Part shown: positions 21,806 through 32,445 of the stretch, in pieces
Position numbering within the stretch: the first letter of the stretch is position 1
Layout of the letters: the number at the start of each line of letters is the position of its first letter
Assembly (NCBI RefSeq): GCF_032444005.1
Contig: NC_091283.1
Span: forward strand, 45,136,001 to 45,200,000
Origin: Ranitomeya imitator
Lineage: Eukaryota
DNA length: 64,000 nucleotides
Reading direction: 5' to 3'
Notes under the pieces: model-generated
The model's input: only the letters and a program-made list of their open reading frames with translations
Databases searched by the model: none
What the model was told of the DNA's origin: nothing
Made by a program: the position numbers and the translations under genes

Positions 21806-23417
21806 CAGGTCCTTCTCAAAAAATTAGCATATAGTGTTAAATTTCATTATTTACCATAATGTAATGATTACAATTAAACTTTCATATATTATAGATTCAT
21901 TATCCACCAACTGAAATTTGTCAGGTCTTTTATTGTTTTAATACTGATGATTTTGGCATACAACTCCTGATAACCCAAAAAACCTGTCTCAATAAATTAG
22001 CATATTTCACCCATCCAATCAAATAAAAGTGTTTTTTAATAACAAACAAAAAAACCATCAAATAATAATGTTCAGTTATGCACTCAATACTTGGTCGGGA
22101 ATCCTTTGGCAGAAATGACTGCTTCAATGCGGCGTGGCATGGAGGCAATCAGCCTGTGACACTGCTGAGATGTTATGGAGGCCCAGGATGCTTCAATAGC
22201 GGCCTTAAGCTCATCCAGAGTGTTGGGTCTTGCGTCTCTCAACTTTCTCTTCACAATATCCCACAGATTCTCTATGGGGTTCAGGTCAGGAGAGTTGGCA
22301 GGCCAATTGAGCACAGTAATACCATGGTCAGTAAACCATTTACCAGTGGTTTTGGCACTGTGAGCAGGTGCCAGGTCGTGCTGAAAAATGAAATCTTCAT
22401 CTCCATAAAGCATTTCAGCCGATGGAAGCATGAAGTGCTCCAAAATCTCCTGATAGCTAGCTGCATTGACCCTGCCCTTGATGAAACACAGTGGACCAAC
22501 ACCAGCAGCTGACATGGCACCCCACACCATCACTGACTGTGGGTACTTGACACTGGACTTCAGGCATTTTGGCATTTCCTTCTCCCCAGTCTTCCTCCAG
22601 ACTCTGGCACCTTGATTTCCGAATGACATGCAAAATTTGCTTTCATCAGAAAAAAGTACTTGGGACCACTTAGCAACAGTCCAGTGCTGCTTCTCTGTAG
22701 CCCAGGTCAGGCGCCTCTGCCGCTGTTTATGGTTCAAAAGTGGCTTTACCTGGGGAATGCGGCACCTGTAGCCCATTTCCTGCACACGCCTGTGCACGGT
22801 GGCTCTGGATGTTTCCACACCAGACTCAGTCCACTGCTTCCTCAGGTTCCCCAAGGTCTGGAATCGGTCCTTCTCCACAATCTTCCTCAGGGTCCGGTCT
22901 CCTCTTCTCGTTGTACAGCGTTTTCTGCCACATTGTTTCCTTCCAACAGACTTACCATTGAGGTGCCTTGATACAGCACTCTGGGAACAGCCTATTTGTT
23001 GAGAAATTTCTTTCTGGGTCTTACCCTCTTGCTTGAGGGTGTCAATGATGGCCTTCTTGACATCTGTCAGGTCGCTAGTCTTACCCATGATGGGGGTTTT
23101 GAGTAATGAACCAGGCAGGGAGTTTATAAAAGCCTCAGGTATCTTTTGCATGTGTTTAGAGTTAATTAGTTGATTCAGAAGATTAGGGTAATAGGTCGTT
23201 TAGAGAACCTTTTCTTGATATGCTAATTTATTGAGACAGGTTTTTTGGGTTATCAGGAGTTGTATGCCAAAATCATCAGTATTAAAACAATAAAAGACCT
23301 GACAAATTTCAGTTGGTGGATAATGAATCTATAATATATGAAAGTTTAATTGTAATCATTACATTATGGTAAATAATGAAATTTAACACTATATGCTAAT
23401 TTTTTGAGAAGGACCTG
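21806..23417 (-). mobile_element. Full-length Tc1 (IR/DR type) transposon, 1612 bp
   Basis: 200-bp TIRs (21806-22005 and 23218-23417) that look identical by eye; TA duplication; internal direct repeat AATTAGCATAT at both ends of each TIR. Confidence 0.96.
22084..23088 (-). CDS. Intact Tc1 DD34E transposase (334 aa from MGKTSDL)
   Basis: Uninterrupted ORF with HTH (TQKEISQQIGCSQSAVSR), GRKR, VLFSDESKF, QHDLAPAH[12 protein letters not shown]. D-to-E spacing counted as 34. Confidence 0.93.
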   Translation of the reverse strand: MGKTSDLTDVKKAIIDTLKQEGKTQKEISQQIGCSQSAVSRHLNGKSVGRKQCGRKRCTTRRGDRTLRKIVEKDRFQTLGNLRKQWTESGVETSRATVHRRVQEMGYRCRIPQVKPLLNHKQRQRRLTWATEKQHWTVAKWSQVLFSDESKFCMSFGNQGARVWRKTGEKEMPKCLKSSVKYPQSVMVWGAMSAAGVGPLCFIKGRVNAASYQEILEHFMLPSAEMLYGDEDFIFQHDLAPAHSAKTTGKWFTDHGITVLNWPANSPDLNPIENLWDIVKRKLRDARPNTLDELKAAIEASWASITSQQCHRLIASMPRRIEAVISAKGFPTKY

Positions 23418-24401
23418 TAGCTCGTCCGGGCCCAGGTTATAGCTCGTCCGGGCCCAGGTTATAGCTCGTCCGGGCTCAGGTTATAGCTCGTCTGGGCCCA
23501 GGTCATAGCTCGTCCGGGCTCAGGTCATAGCTCGTCCGGGCTCAGGTTATAGCTCGTCCGGGCCCAGGTTATAGCTCGTCCGGGCCCAGGTTATAGCTCG
23601 TCCGGGCCCAGGTTATAGCTCGTACGGGCCCAGGTTATAGCTCGTACGGGCCCAGGTTATAGCTCGTACGGGCCCAGGTTATAGCTCGTACGGGCCCAGG
23701 TTATAGCTCGTACGGGCCCAGGTTATAGCTCGTACGGGCCCAGGTTATAGCTCGTCCGGGTCCAGGTTATAGCTCGTCCGGGCCCAGGTTATAGCTCGTC
23801 CGGGCCCAGGTTATAGCTCGTCCGGGCCCAGGTTATAGCTCGTCCGGGCCCAGGTTATAGCTCGTCCGGGCCAAGGTTTTAGCTCCTATGGGCCCAGGTT
23901 ATAGCTCGTCCGGGCCCAGGTTATAGCTCGTCCGGGCCAAGGTTTTAGCTCCTATGGGCCCAGGTTATAGCTCGTCCGGGCCCAGGTTATAGCTCGTCCG
24001 GGCCCAGGTTATAGCTCGTCCGGGCCCAGGTTATAGCTCGTCCGGGCCCAGGTTATAGCTCGTCCGGGCCCAGGTTATAGCTCGTCCGGGCCAAGGTTTT
24101 AGCTCCTATGGGCCCAGGTTATAGCTCGTCCGGGCCCAGGTTATAGCTCGTCCGGGCCCAGGTTATAGCTCGTACGGGCCCTCGTCCAAAATGTGCGCTT
24201 TCTGATGCTGTAAGCAGAGGCAGCGTGGATTCTACGGCGACACTGAACCTGCCAACTACATGGACACAACATCTACATTGGTTTCCCTTGTGCATGAGCC
24301 TTAGCTAGGGCCACACGGCGATGTGTCGAGCAGAATCAAGTCTCAAACAACTTCAGCTCCGATGGATCAAGATGCACGCCAGTCAGGGTACGAAGGAGTA
24401 A

Positions 24402-24763
24402 GGCTATGTTCACACTTTGCGGATTCCACTGCGGATTTTTCCGCAGCAGAATTCCAAAATCTGCAGTGAAAACCCGTTGCGGTTTTTACTGCGGATTTAT
24501 CGCGGTTTTTACTGCGTTTTCTTCTGCGGATTTTCATCTGCAGTTTTCTATTGGAGCAGGTGAAAATCCGCAGAAAAGAAGTGACATGCTGTGGAATGTA
24601 ATCCGCAGCGTTTCCGCGCGGATTTTTCTGCAGCATGTGCACAGCGTTTTTTGTTTCCCATAGGTTTACATTGTACTGTAAACTCATGGGAAACTGCTGC
24701 GGATCCGCAGCGGTCAAATCCGCTGCGGATCCGCAGCAAAATCCGCAAAGTGTGAACATAGCC
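24402..24763. mobile_element. PIF/Harbinger-type MITE; related copies at ~46832-47187, ~54793-55143 and ~38860-39240
   Basis: TAA|GGCTATGTTCACAC...GTGTGAACATAGCC|TAA (TWA TSD) with CCGCAG/CTGCGG-rich internal palindromes. Confidence 0.85.
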
Positions 24764-26987
24764 TAAGATGCGCCTCACTCACTAAGAGGCGTGTGATCCT
24801 GGGACGAGTAGCTTTCTGTCATAATTTATGATTTTGTAAATTAGGATCTTACATATATGTCCCGGGCTCTGCTTTCTTCCTCTGTGTCCGCTGCCCTCTG
24901 TTGTGCTCCATGTCGGGTTTTACAAGTTGTAAGACCTAGTGTATTTAAGACCCATTAAAACACACAGGTTTATCTTGGCATTGAGACTCTAGTCCTATGT
25001 TTGGTGTGCTCCACCGTATGTGCTTTTTGTATTTGTGTTTTCATTTCACCCCTTTATGCTTCCACTTCATCCATCCTGCTGTTCGTGAGATTTCTGTGTT
25101 TGCCAAGTCATTGCTGCCCACGTGCCTTTCTGCCTGTTGTATCAATGCCCCGGGTCCATGTGCCCACCTGGAGCCACCACCCCTGGTGACCCTAACACAT
25201 AATGAATTTGTCGGCCACGCTCCCCTCTCGATTGACCTCCAGCCCGACCTTGAACACCATACTCCATTTTTTAATTTATTTTTTTAACTAAATTGTGCTG
25301 ATTGTGCCTCGTCCTCCATCCTGCTGTTCACCAAGATGACATCGGCTGTGACATCCCGCCGACAGATCGGAGTGGAAGAGAGGGAAGCGCTCAGTCGACA
25401 GGACATCACGGGAAGTTGCCCCGTGTAGAGCCGTCACGTGACAATCGAGAGGATCGGTGCAGAATCAGAAGAGAACGTTAATTACACATGTCCTTTTCAC
25501 AGGCCATGAAATACATAGAAAAAAAGTGTCGGTCCAAATGTCAGACAGTTGGTCGGCAGCACAAGACAGATCGTTGGTCGGCAGCACACTCCATCATGAA
25601 AAAGTGATCTGGACACAACTGTGCGGGTGGCGTCATGCAAACAATATGTGCGATCTTTGTCACCACTCGCTTTTACACAAGAGGATGTCCTGACGACTAT
25701 TGATCGTTTTTGCGACCCCCCCCTAAAAAAGACAATCAGTTTTACACTTGGCAATGACCTGCAATTACTGTTCCAACGTAGGTGATCACTCCCTCCCTGG
25801 AAAGATCGATAAAAGTTTCCATTAAGTTCTTAAATGAAAATTATCATCAGAAAATTACCTATTGTTTAACAGATTTTTTTACGTCTATTTAAATATATAT
25901 ATACATGTGCTTTCAATGTGATTTTTTTTTTCATATCACAATGAGTTTCCAGCAGTCTCCTTATCATCAGAGGCAGGATTACAATGACAGGTAACACCTC
26001 TGTACACAGCTGATAATCATAGTAGATGATGGCACAGCTCACCTACCCCTCCTCCCTTCACAATGACCTTTACACATGCTCATTAGATATTGGGGAATGG
26101 TCTCTTCTACTTCCCGCTGAGCCTAGAAGCTTTATTAGATCTGGGGACAAAGGTTTCTTTTCACAGAGGACATCATTGTATTGCAGATGGACGTGTAACA
26201 AATGCTATGTTGCTGTGTTAGGGTTGCCTCGTTAGGACCCCTGTCCTAATACCTGGATGTCATGGAGAATTTCCGCTACTTGGGACCCCACTGCCTCTCG
26301 CTTTGGTGGTCGAATGATTTTCCGGCAGGGGTCAGCGGGATTTTTTTTTTTACATGAAACCCAGAGTGATCAGGCTTCAACATCAAAAGGGGTTGTCATG
26401 TAGAGATAACCCCTTTAAGTCCATGTTCAGGAGACCATTGTAATAATAGGGCCAGTCACATCTGCATATTCCAGAAGCATCAGCGTGCCAGGGCGACCTG
26501 CACAAGTCAATGACATCTGGGGTTAAAGGATATGGGGACATATGTTTTTTTTTTACTTAAATGCTTGTATTTTAAAATAATTTGGCAACTGGGTTTCATG
26601 AAAAAAATACATTGTCTGCAGTTTGGCTTTTACTTGCTCTTTGTTTCCCTACAAATTCCTGGCTGCAGAAAGAGTTTAGTGAGAATCCATCAGCGAGCTT
26701 ATTACGATGGAAGAGTATGTGACTCTTATCTCCCGTCTTCTGAGCTCCTTTCAGCTGATTTGTCACCACAACGTTTTAGCCCAACTTGTGGACACGTTCA
26801 CACGACCGTATTTTCGGGATTAAAGGGCTGTCCTTTAAAAAAAAAAAAGAAGGGGGAAGCATTGGATCAATGTTATTCAATAGGGCTGTTCAGATGATTA
26901 ATTCTTTTTCACAGTGAATGTCACAAAAATCACGATTTAAATGAAAAAACAAAAAAACAAATGCCCTTAAGTTATCCAAATCCTTTA

Positions 26988-29846
26988 ACCCCTTAACGAC
27001 TGCCGATACGCCTTTTAACGGCGGCAGTTAAGGGTACTTAAACCACAGTGCCGTTAATTAACGGCGCTGTGGAAAAAGTGAATAGCGCCCCCCAGAGTCG
27101 GATTTTCTCTGGGGTCTCAGTTGCCGGGGGTAGCCGAGACCCCAGAGAACATGATTCGGGGATTTTTTACCGACCCCCGTATTAACCCTTTACCGGCGGT
27201 CGCACAAAAAAAACCTGCGATTTCCCATTTAATGTCTCTGTCCTCCGATGGGATCGCACATCAGAGGACTGAGAAATGGGGTCCCCGATAGCCCCCGATA
27301 CTCACCCTTCTCCCCCGGTGCTCCTCGTGGCTCCCGATGGGCGCTGCCATCTTGTTCCGGCCAAAAAATGGCGGGCGCAAGCGCAGTGCGCCCCCCGGCC
27401 AGCACCCGGAAGATCTTTGGGGTCTCGGCTGCCAGGTTTTGCGATCGCTGGTAATTAACTGTTTACCGGCGGCCGCAAAAAAAAAAGCGATCTGTCATTC
27501 TCTGTCCTCTGATGTGATCGCACATCAGAGGACAGAGAAATAGGGGGATTCGGGGACCCTATTATACTTACTGGTGTCCCTGGGTTCTCCTGCGTCTCCT
27601 TCAGCCCGCCGGCTTCTTCATCCGGTAAGAAAATGGCGGGCGCATGCGCAGTGCGCCCGCCATGATCGGCCGGCAGCCAGAGGAGTTGGGGCTAAATTTA
27701 GGGTTAGGGTTGGGGCTAAATTTAGGGTTAGGGCTAGGGTTAGGGTTAGGCTTCTTTCACACTTGCGTCGGTACGGGGCCGTCGCAATGCGTTGGCCCGA
27801 CGTATCGACGCACATTGTGAAAATTGTGCACAACGTGGGCAGTGGATGCAGTTTTTCAACGCATCCACTGCCCAGTCTATGTCTTGGGGAGGAGGGGGCA
27901 GAGATACGGCCACGCATGCGCGGTCGGAAATGGCGGACGCGACGTACAAAAAAAGTTACATTGAACGCTTTTTTTGTGACGACTGTCCTCATATGACCTC
28001 TAGCGTGGGAACTTTTCTGAATATTTTCCCAGCCTCGAGGTCATATGAGGACATCCAGCAGAGGGCGCATCACCGCGAATGAAGGTAACTACAGGTTATT
28101 GACCTACATTACCTTCATTCCCCGGGGTTTTACAGGCAGGAGCACAGATGCATTATAGCAGAGCTCCTGCCTGTAAAATAATTTAACCCCTTCAGATGGA
28201 TTTACATCGTGGGACATATCGACGGAAGGTATGAGATATTGTTGGTTTATTATTTTTACTTTGTTACAGGTCGAGGGTCTTCAGGTGGATTGAGAGTGGA
28301 ATAAAATATTACAACAACCTGTGTGTTTATTTCATTAAAATACTTTGCAATATTGTTTGTGTGTTTTTGTAACCATTTCATGCTATTGGATTAATAATGG
28401 ATAGGTGTCATAATTGACGCCTCTCCATTATTAATCTGGCTTAATGTCACCTTACAATAGCAAGGTGACATTAACCCTTCATTACCCCATATCCCACCGC
28501 TACACGGGAATGGGAAGAGATTGGCCAAGTGCCAGAATAGGCGCATCTTCCAGATGTGCCTTTTCTGGGGTGGCTGGGGGCAGATGTTTTTTTAGCCAGG
28601 GGGGAAGCCAATAACCGTGGACCCTCTCCAGGATATTAATATCTGCCCTCAGTCTCTGGCTTTACTACTCTGGCGGAGAAAATTGCGCAGGAGCCCACGC
28701 CAATTTTTTCCGCCATTTAACCCTTTAATCTAATAGCCCAAATTTTGCACATACACACTACTAACATTAGTAGTGTGGAATATGCAAAAAAAAATGGAGA
28801 GAAGACATGGTTTACTGTATGTAAACCAGGTCTCAAATCATGTCGGGTTTAGGAAGGAGATGGCAAAAGCCGGTAATTGAATTACCGGCTTTTAAGCTAT
28901 CTAGCGCTGTATGAAATATTAATATATATACATATATGTGTCTACTGACATATATATATATATATATATATATATACCTATTCTATGTGTACACATTTAT
29001 TCTACCTATTCTACTGTAACCTGTCAGTGTGATTTTACTGTACACCGCACTGAATTGCCGGCTTTTCTATAGAACATCGCTGCGTATTTCTCGCAAGTCA
29101 CACTGCTGGTCCGTGTGTAATCTGTATTTTTCTCACCCCCATAGACTTTCATTGGCGTATTTTTTGCGCAATACGGTGACAAACGCAGCATGCTGCGATT
29201 TTCTACGGCCGTAGAAGACCGTATAATACGGATCAGTAAAATACAGCTGATAGGAGCAGGGGCATAGAGAAGCATTGTACCGTATGCAATCCGTATTTTC
29301 TGCACCTCTCATACGTCCATAAAACACGGTAGTGTGACCCCGGCCTGAGGGGTGCAGTTTTTAGAATGGTGTCACACTTGGTTATTTTCTATCATATAGA
29401 CCCCTCAAAATGACTTCAAATGTGATGTGGTCCCTAAAAAAAATGGTGTTGTAAAAATGAGAAATTGCTGGTCAACTTTTAACCCTTATAACTCCCTAAC
29501 AAAAAAAAAAAATTGTTTCCAAAATTGTGCTGATGTAAAGTAGACATGTGGGAAATGTTATTTATTAACTAGTTTGTGTTACATATCTCTCCGATTTAAG
29601 GGCATAAAAATACAAATTTTGAAAATTGCTAAATTTTAAAAATTTTCGCCATATTTCCGTTTTTTTCATAAATAATCGCAAGTAATACCACTTGCCACTA
29701 ACATGAAGTACAATATGTCACCAAAAAACAGAATCAGCGGGATCCGTTGAAGCGTTCCAGAGTTATAACCTCATAAAGTGACAGTGGTCAGAATTGTAAA
29801 AATTAGCCCGGTCATTAAGTACCAAATTGGCTCTGTTACTAAGGGG
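26988..29846 (+). mobile_element. Complete non-autonomous piggyBac-type element with telomere-like repeats and a nested composite insert
   Basis: TTAA|CCCCTTAACGAC...ACTAAGGGG|TTAA. The left end matches 62569 onward and the right end matches 1210-1730. TTAGGG-like repeats at 27686-27750. Confidence 0.75.
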
Positions 29847-30836
29847 TTAAGGATGAAAATGGAAAGATTCCGAGATCCGTTCAGCGTCATGTAAAATTTT
29901 TGTGTTTTTTTTTTAGCTTTTTAACATTATTTCTCAAGATCATACTATGGTGATGTCTAGAATTGTGCAGATAATCGCAAACTGTAGGAAATGTTTATGC
30001 TCGAGTCTTTTATATTGTTTCCATTTTCTTCATTGATTTCACTTAAAGGTGCATTTAATTAAAGGGGTAGTCTGATTTGGACATCTCTTATCTGCCAACA
30101 GGACAAGCTGGTCAGCCATTGTTTTAGGGGAAGGATGCAACAAAGCACTGGTCAGTGAGCTACCACTCTGTCATTCAGTCCATAAGCTGTGTTTATGGGT
30201 GCGGATATCTCCAGCAGTCCCATAGACAATGAATGGAGTGGTGGGTATTTATGCAGAACGGTGGGGGTCCCGGATATCATCCAACAAACAGGTTGCGACA
30301 AAACCTTTAGGCCGAAAACTTAAAAGGAATGAGGCAGGACTAGTCCGGGAGAAGAGACGCCTGATCTGCTTATACAATGAGTGGAATAAAAGTCAGATCT
30401 TCAGACGTTACAGCGAAGTTACATAAAAGACGTGATCACATTAAAGAGATCTGCGCCGTATAGATGCAGTTGGGGACCGGACAGCTTCCATTTAAAGTGG
30501 TATTTACGAAATGGTAATTTATCCCCTCTCCACTGATCACAAAAAATGAGAGTAAAGCGCAGATGCCTGACCTCTGCTGCGTTCATTGTCTATAGGACGG
30601 CTGGAGAAAACAGAGAACAGCGCTCCGCTATTTCAGGCAGTCCTATTGTCAATGAATGGAGCAAAGATGGAACCTGTGCACTTGGCTCTGCGGAGACGCA
30701 TTCTTGGGATCACGGGTCGGACCCCCAGCGAAGTGCAAATTAGCCCCTACTTGTCATTTTGGCTACACCCCTTTTAACCTGAATCAACTTTGTGACCCCT
30801 TGACTCTTCTGGTTGGGGCGTGGAGATCCCCATATA

Positions 30837-32445
30837 CAGTGGGGCAAAAAAGTATTTAGTCAGTCAGCAATAGTGCAAGTTCCACCACTTAAAAAGATGA
30901 GAGGCGTCTGTAATTTACATCATAGGTAGACCTCAACTATGGGAGACAAACTGAGAAAAAAAAAATCCAGAAAATCACATTGTCTGTTTTTTTTATCATT
31001 TTATTTGCATATTATGGTGGAAAATAAGTATTTGGTCAGAAACAAAATTTCATCTCAATACTTTGTAATATATCCTTTGTTGGCAATGACAGAGGTCAAA
31101 CGTTTTCTGTAAGTCTTCACAAGGTTGCCACACACTGTTGTTGGTATGTTGGCCCATTCCTCCATGCAGATCTCCTCTAGAGCAGTGATGTTTTTGGCTT
31201 TTCGCTTGGCAACACGGACTTTCAACTCCCTCCAAAGGTTTTCTATAGGGTTGAGATCTGGAGACTGGCTAGGCCACTCCAGGACCTTGAAATGCTTCTT
31301 ACGAAGCCTCTCCTTCGTTGCCCTGGCGGTGTGCTTTGGATCATTGTCATGTTGAAAGACCCAGCCCCGTTTCATCTTCAATGCCCTTGCTGATGGAAGG
31401 AGGTTTGCACTCAAAATCTCACGATACATGGCCCCATTCATTCTTTCATGTACCCGGATCAGTCGTCCTGGCCCCTTTGCAGAGAAACAGCCCCAAAGCA
31501 TGATGTTTCCACCACCATGCTTTACAGTAGGTATGGTGTTTGATGGATGCAACTCAGTATTCTTTTTCCTCCAAACACGACAAGTTGTGTTTCTACCAAA
31601 CAGTTCCAGTTTGGTTTCATCAGACCATAGGACATTCTCCCAAAACTCCTCTGGATCATCCAAATGCTCTCTAGCAAACTTCAGACGGGCCCGGACATGT
31701 ACTGGCTTAAGCAGTGGGACACGTCTGGCACTGCAGGATCTGAGTCCATGGTGGCGTAGTGTGTTACTTATGGTAGGCCTTGTTACATTGGTCCCAGCTC
31801 TCTGCAGTTCATTCACAAGGTCCCCCCGTGTGGTTCTGGGATTTTTGCTCACCGTTCTTGTGATCATTCTGACCCCACGGGGTGGGATTTTACGTGGAGC
31901 CCCAGATCGAGGGAGATTATCAGTGGTCTTGTATGTCTTCCATTTTCTAATTATTGCTCCCACTGTTGATTTCTTCACTCCAAGCTGGTTGGCTATTGCA
32001 GATTCAGTCTTCCCAGCCTGGTGCAGGGCTACAATTTTGTTTCTGGTGTCCTTTGACAGCTCTTTGGTCTTCACCATAGTGGAGTTTGGAGTCAGACTGT
32101 TTGAGGGTGTGCACAGGTGTCTTTTTATACTGATAACAAGTTTAAACAGGTGCCATTACTACAGGTAATGAGTGGAGGAAAGAGGAGACTCTTAAAGAAG
32201 AAGTTACAGGTCTGTGAGAGCCAGAAATCTTGATTGTTTGTTTCTGACCAAATACTTATTTTCCACCATAATATGCAAATAAAATGATAAAAAAACAGAC
32301 AATGTGATTTTCTGAATTTTTTTTTTCTCAGTTTGTCTCCCATAGTTGAGGTCTACCTATGATGTAAATTACAGACGCCTCTCATCTTTTTAAGTGGTGG
32401 AACTTGCACTATTGCTGACAGACTAAATACTTTTTTGCCCCACTG
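30837..32445 (-). mobile_element. Full-length Tc1 (SB/Frog Prince/ZB-like clade) transposon, 1609 bp
   Basis: TA|CAGTGGGGCAAAAAAGTATTTAG...CTAAATACTTTTTTGCCCCACTG|TA; ~210-bp TIRs with a few mismatches. Confidence 0.96.
31055..32077 (-). CDS. Intact Tc1 DD34E transposase, 340 aa
   Basis: [10 protein letters not shown]..., [61 protein letters not shown]-to-E spacing counted as 34. Confidence 0.94.
   Translation of the reverse strand: MVKTKELSKDTRNKIVALHQAGKTESAIANQLGVKKSTVGAIIRKWKTYKTTDNLPRSGAPRKIPPRGVRMITRTVSKNPRTTRGDLVNELQRAGTNVTRPTISNTLRHHGLRSCSARRVPLLKPVHVRARLKFAREHLDDPEEFWENVLWSDETKLELFGRNTTCRVWRKKNTELHPSNTIPTVKHGGGNIMLWGCFSAKGPGRLIRVHERMNGAMYREILSANLLPSARALKMKRGWVFQHDNDPKHTARATKERLRKKHFKVLEWPSQSPDLNPIENLWRELKVRVAKRKAKNITALEEICMEEWANIPTTVCGNLVKTYRKRLTSVIANKGYITKY

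Larger units (their letters stand above)
21205..24180. repeat. 22-bp minisatellite (GGGCCCAGGTTATAGCTCGTCC)n, split by a Tc1 insertion
   Basis: Tandem units at 21205-21805 and 23418-24180. Confidence 0.95.

Noticed and set aside
23089-23151. 21-aa N-terminal extension of the Tc1 ORF (MQKIPEAFINSLPGSLLKTPI)
   Set aside because: It probably reflects an upstream in-frame ATG in the 5' UTR; Tc1 transposases typically begin at MGKT.
21205-24180. CRISPR-like appearance of the regular short repeats
   Set aside because: Units are contiguous with no unique spacers, there are no cas genes, and the context is eukaryotic.
27686-27750. TTAGGG tracts as a true telomere or chromosome-fusion scar
   Set aside because: They are short, degenerate, single-orientation and sit at the same position inside two copies of a TE family.
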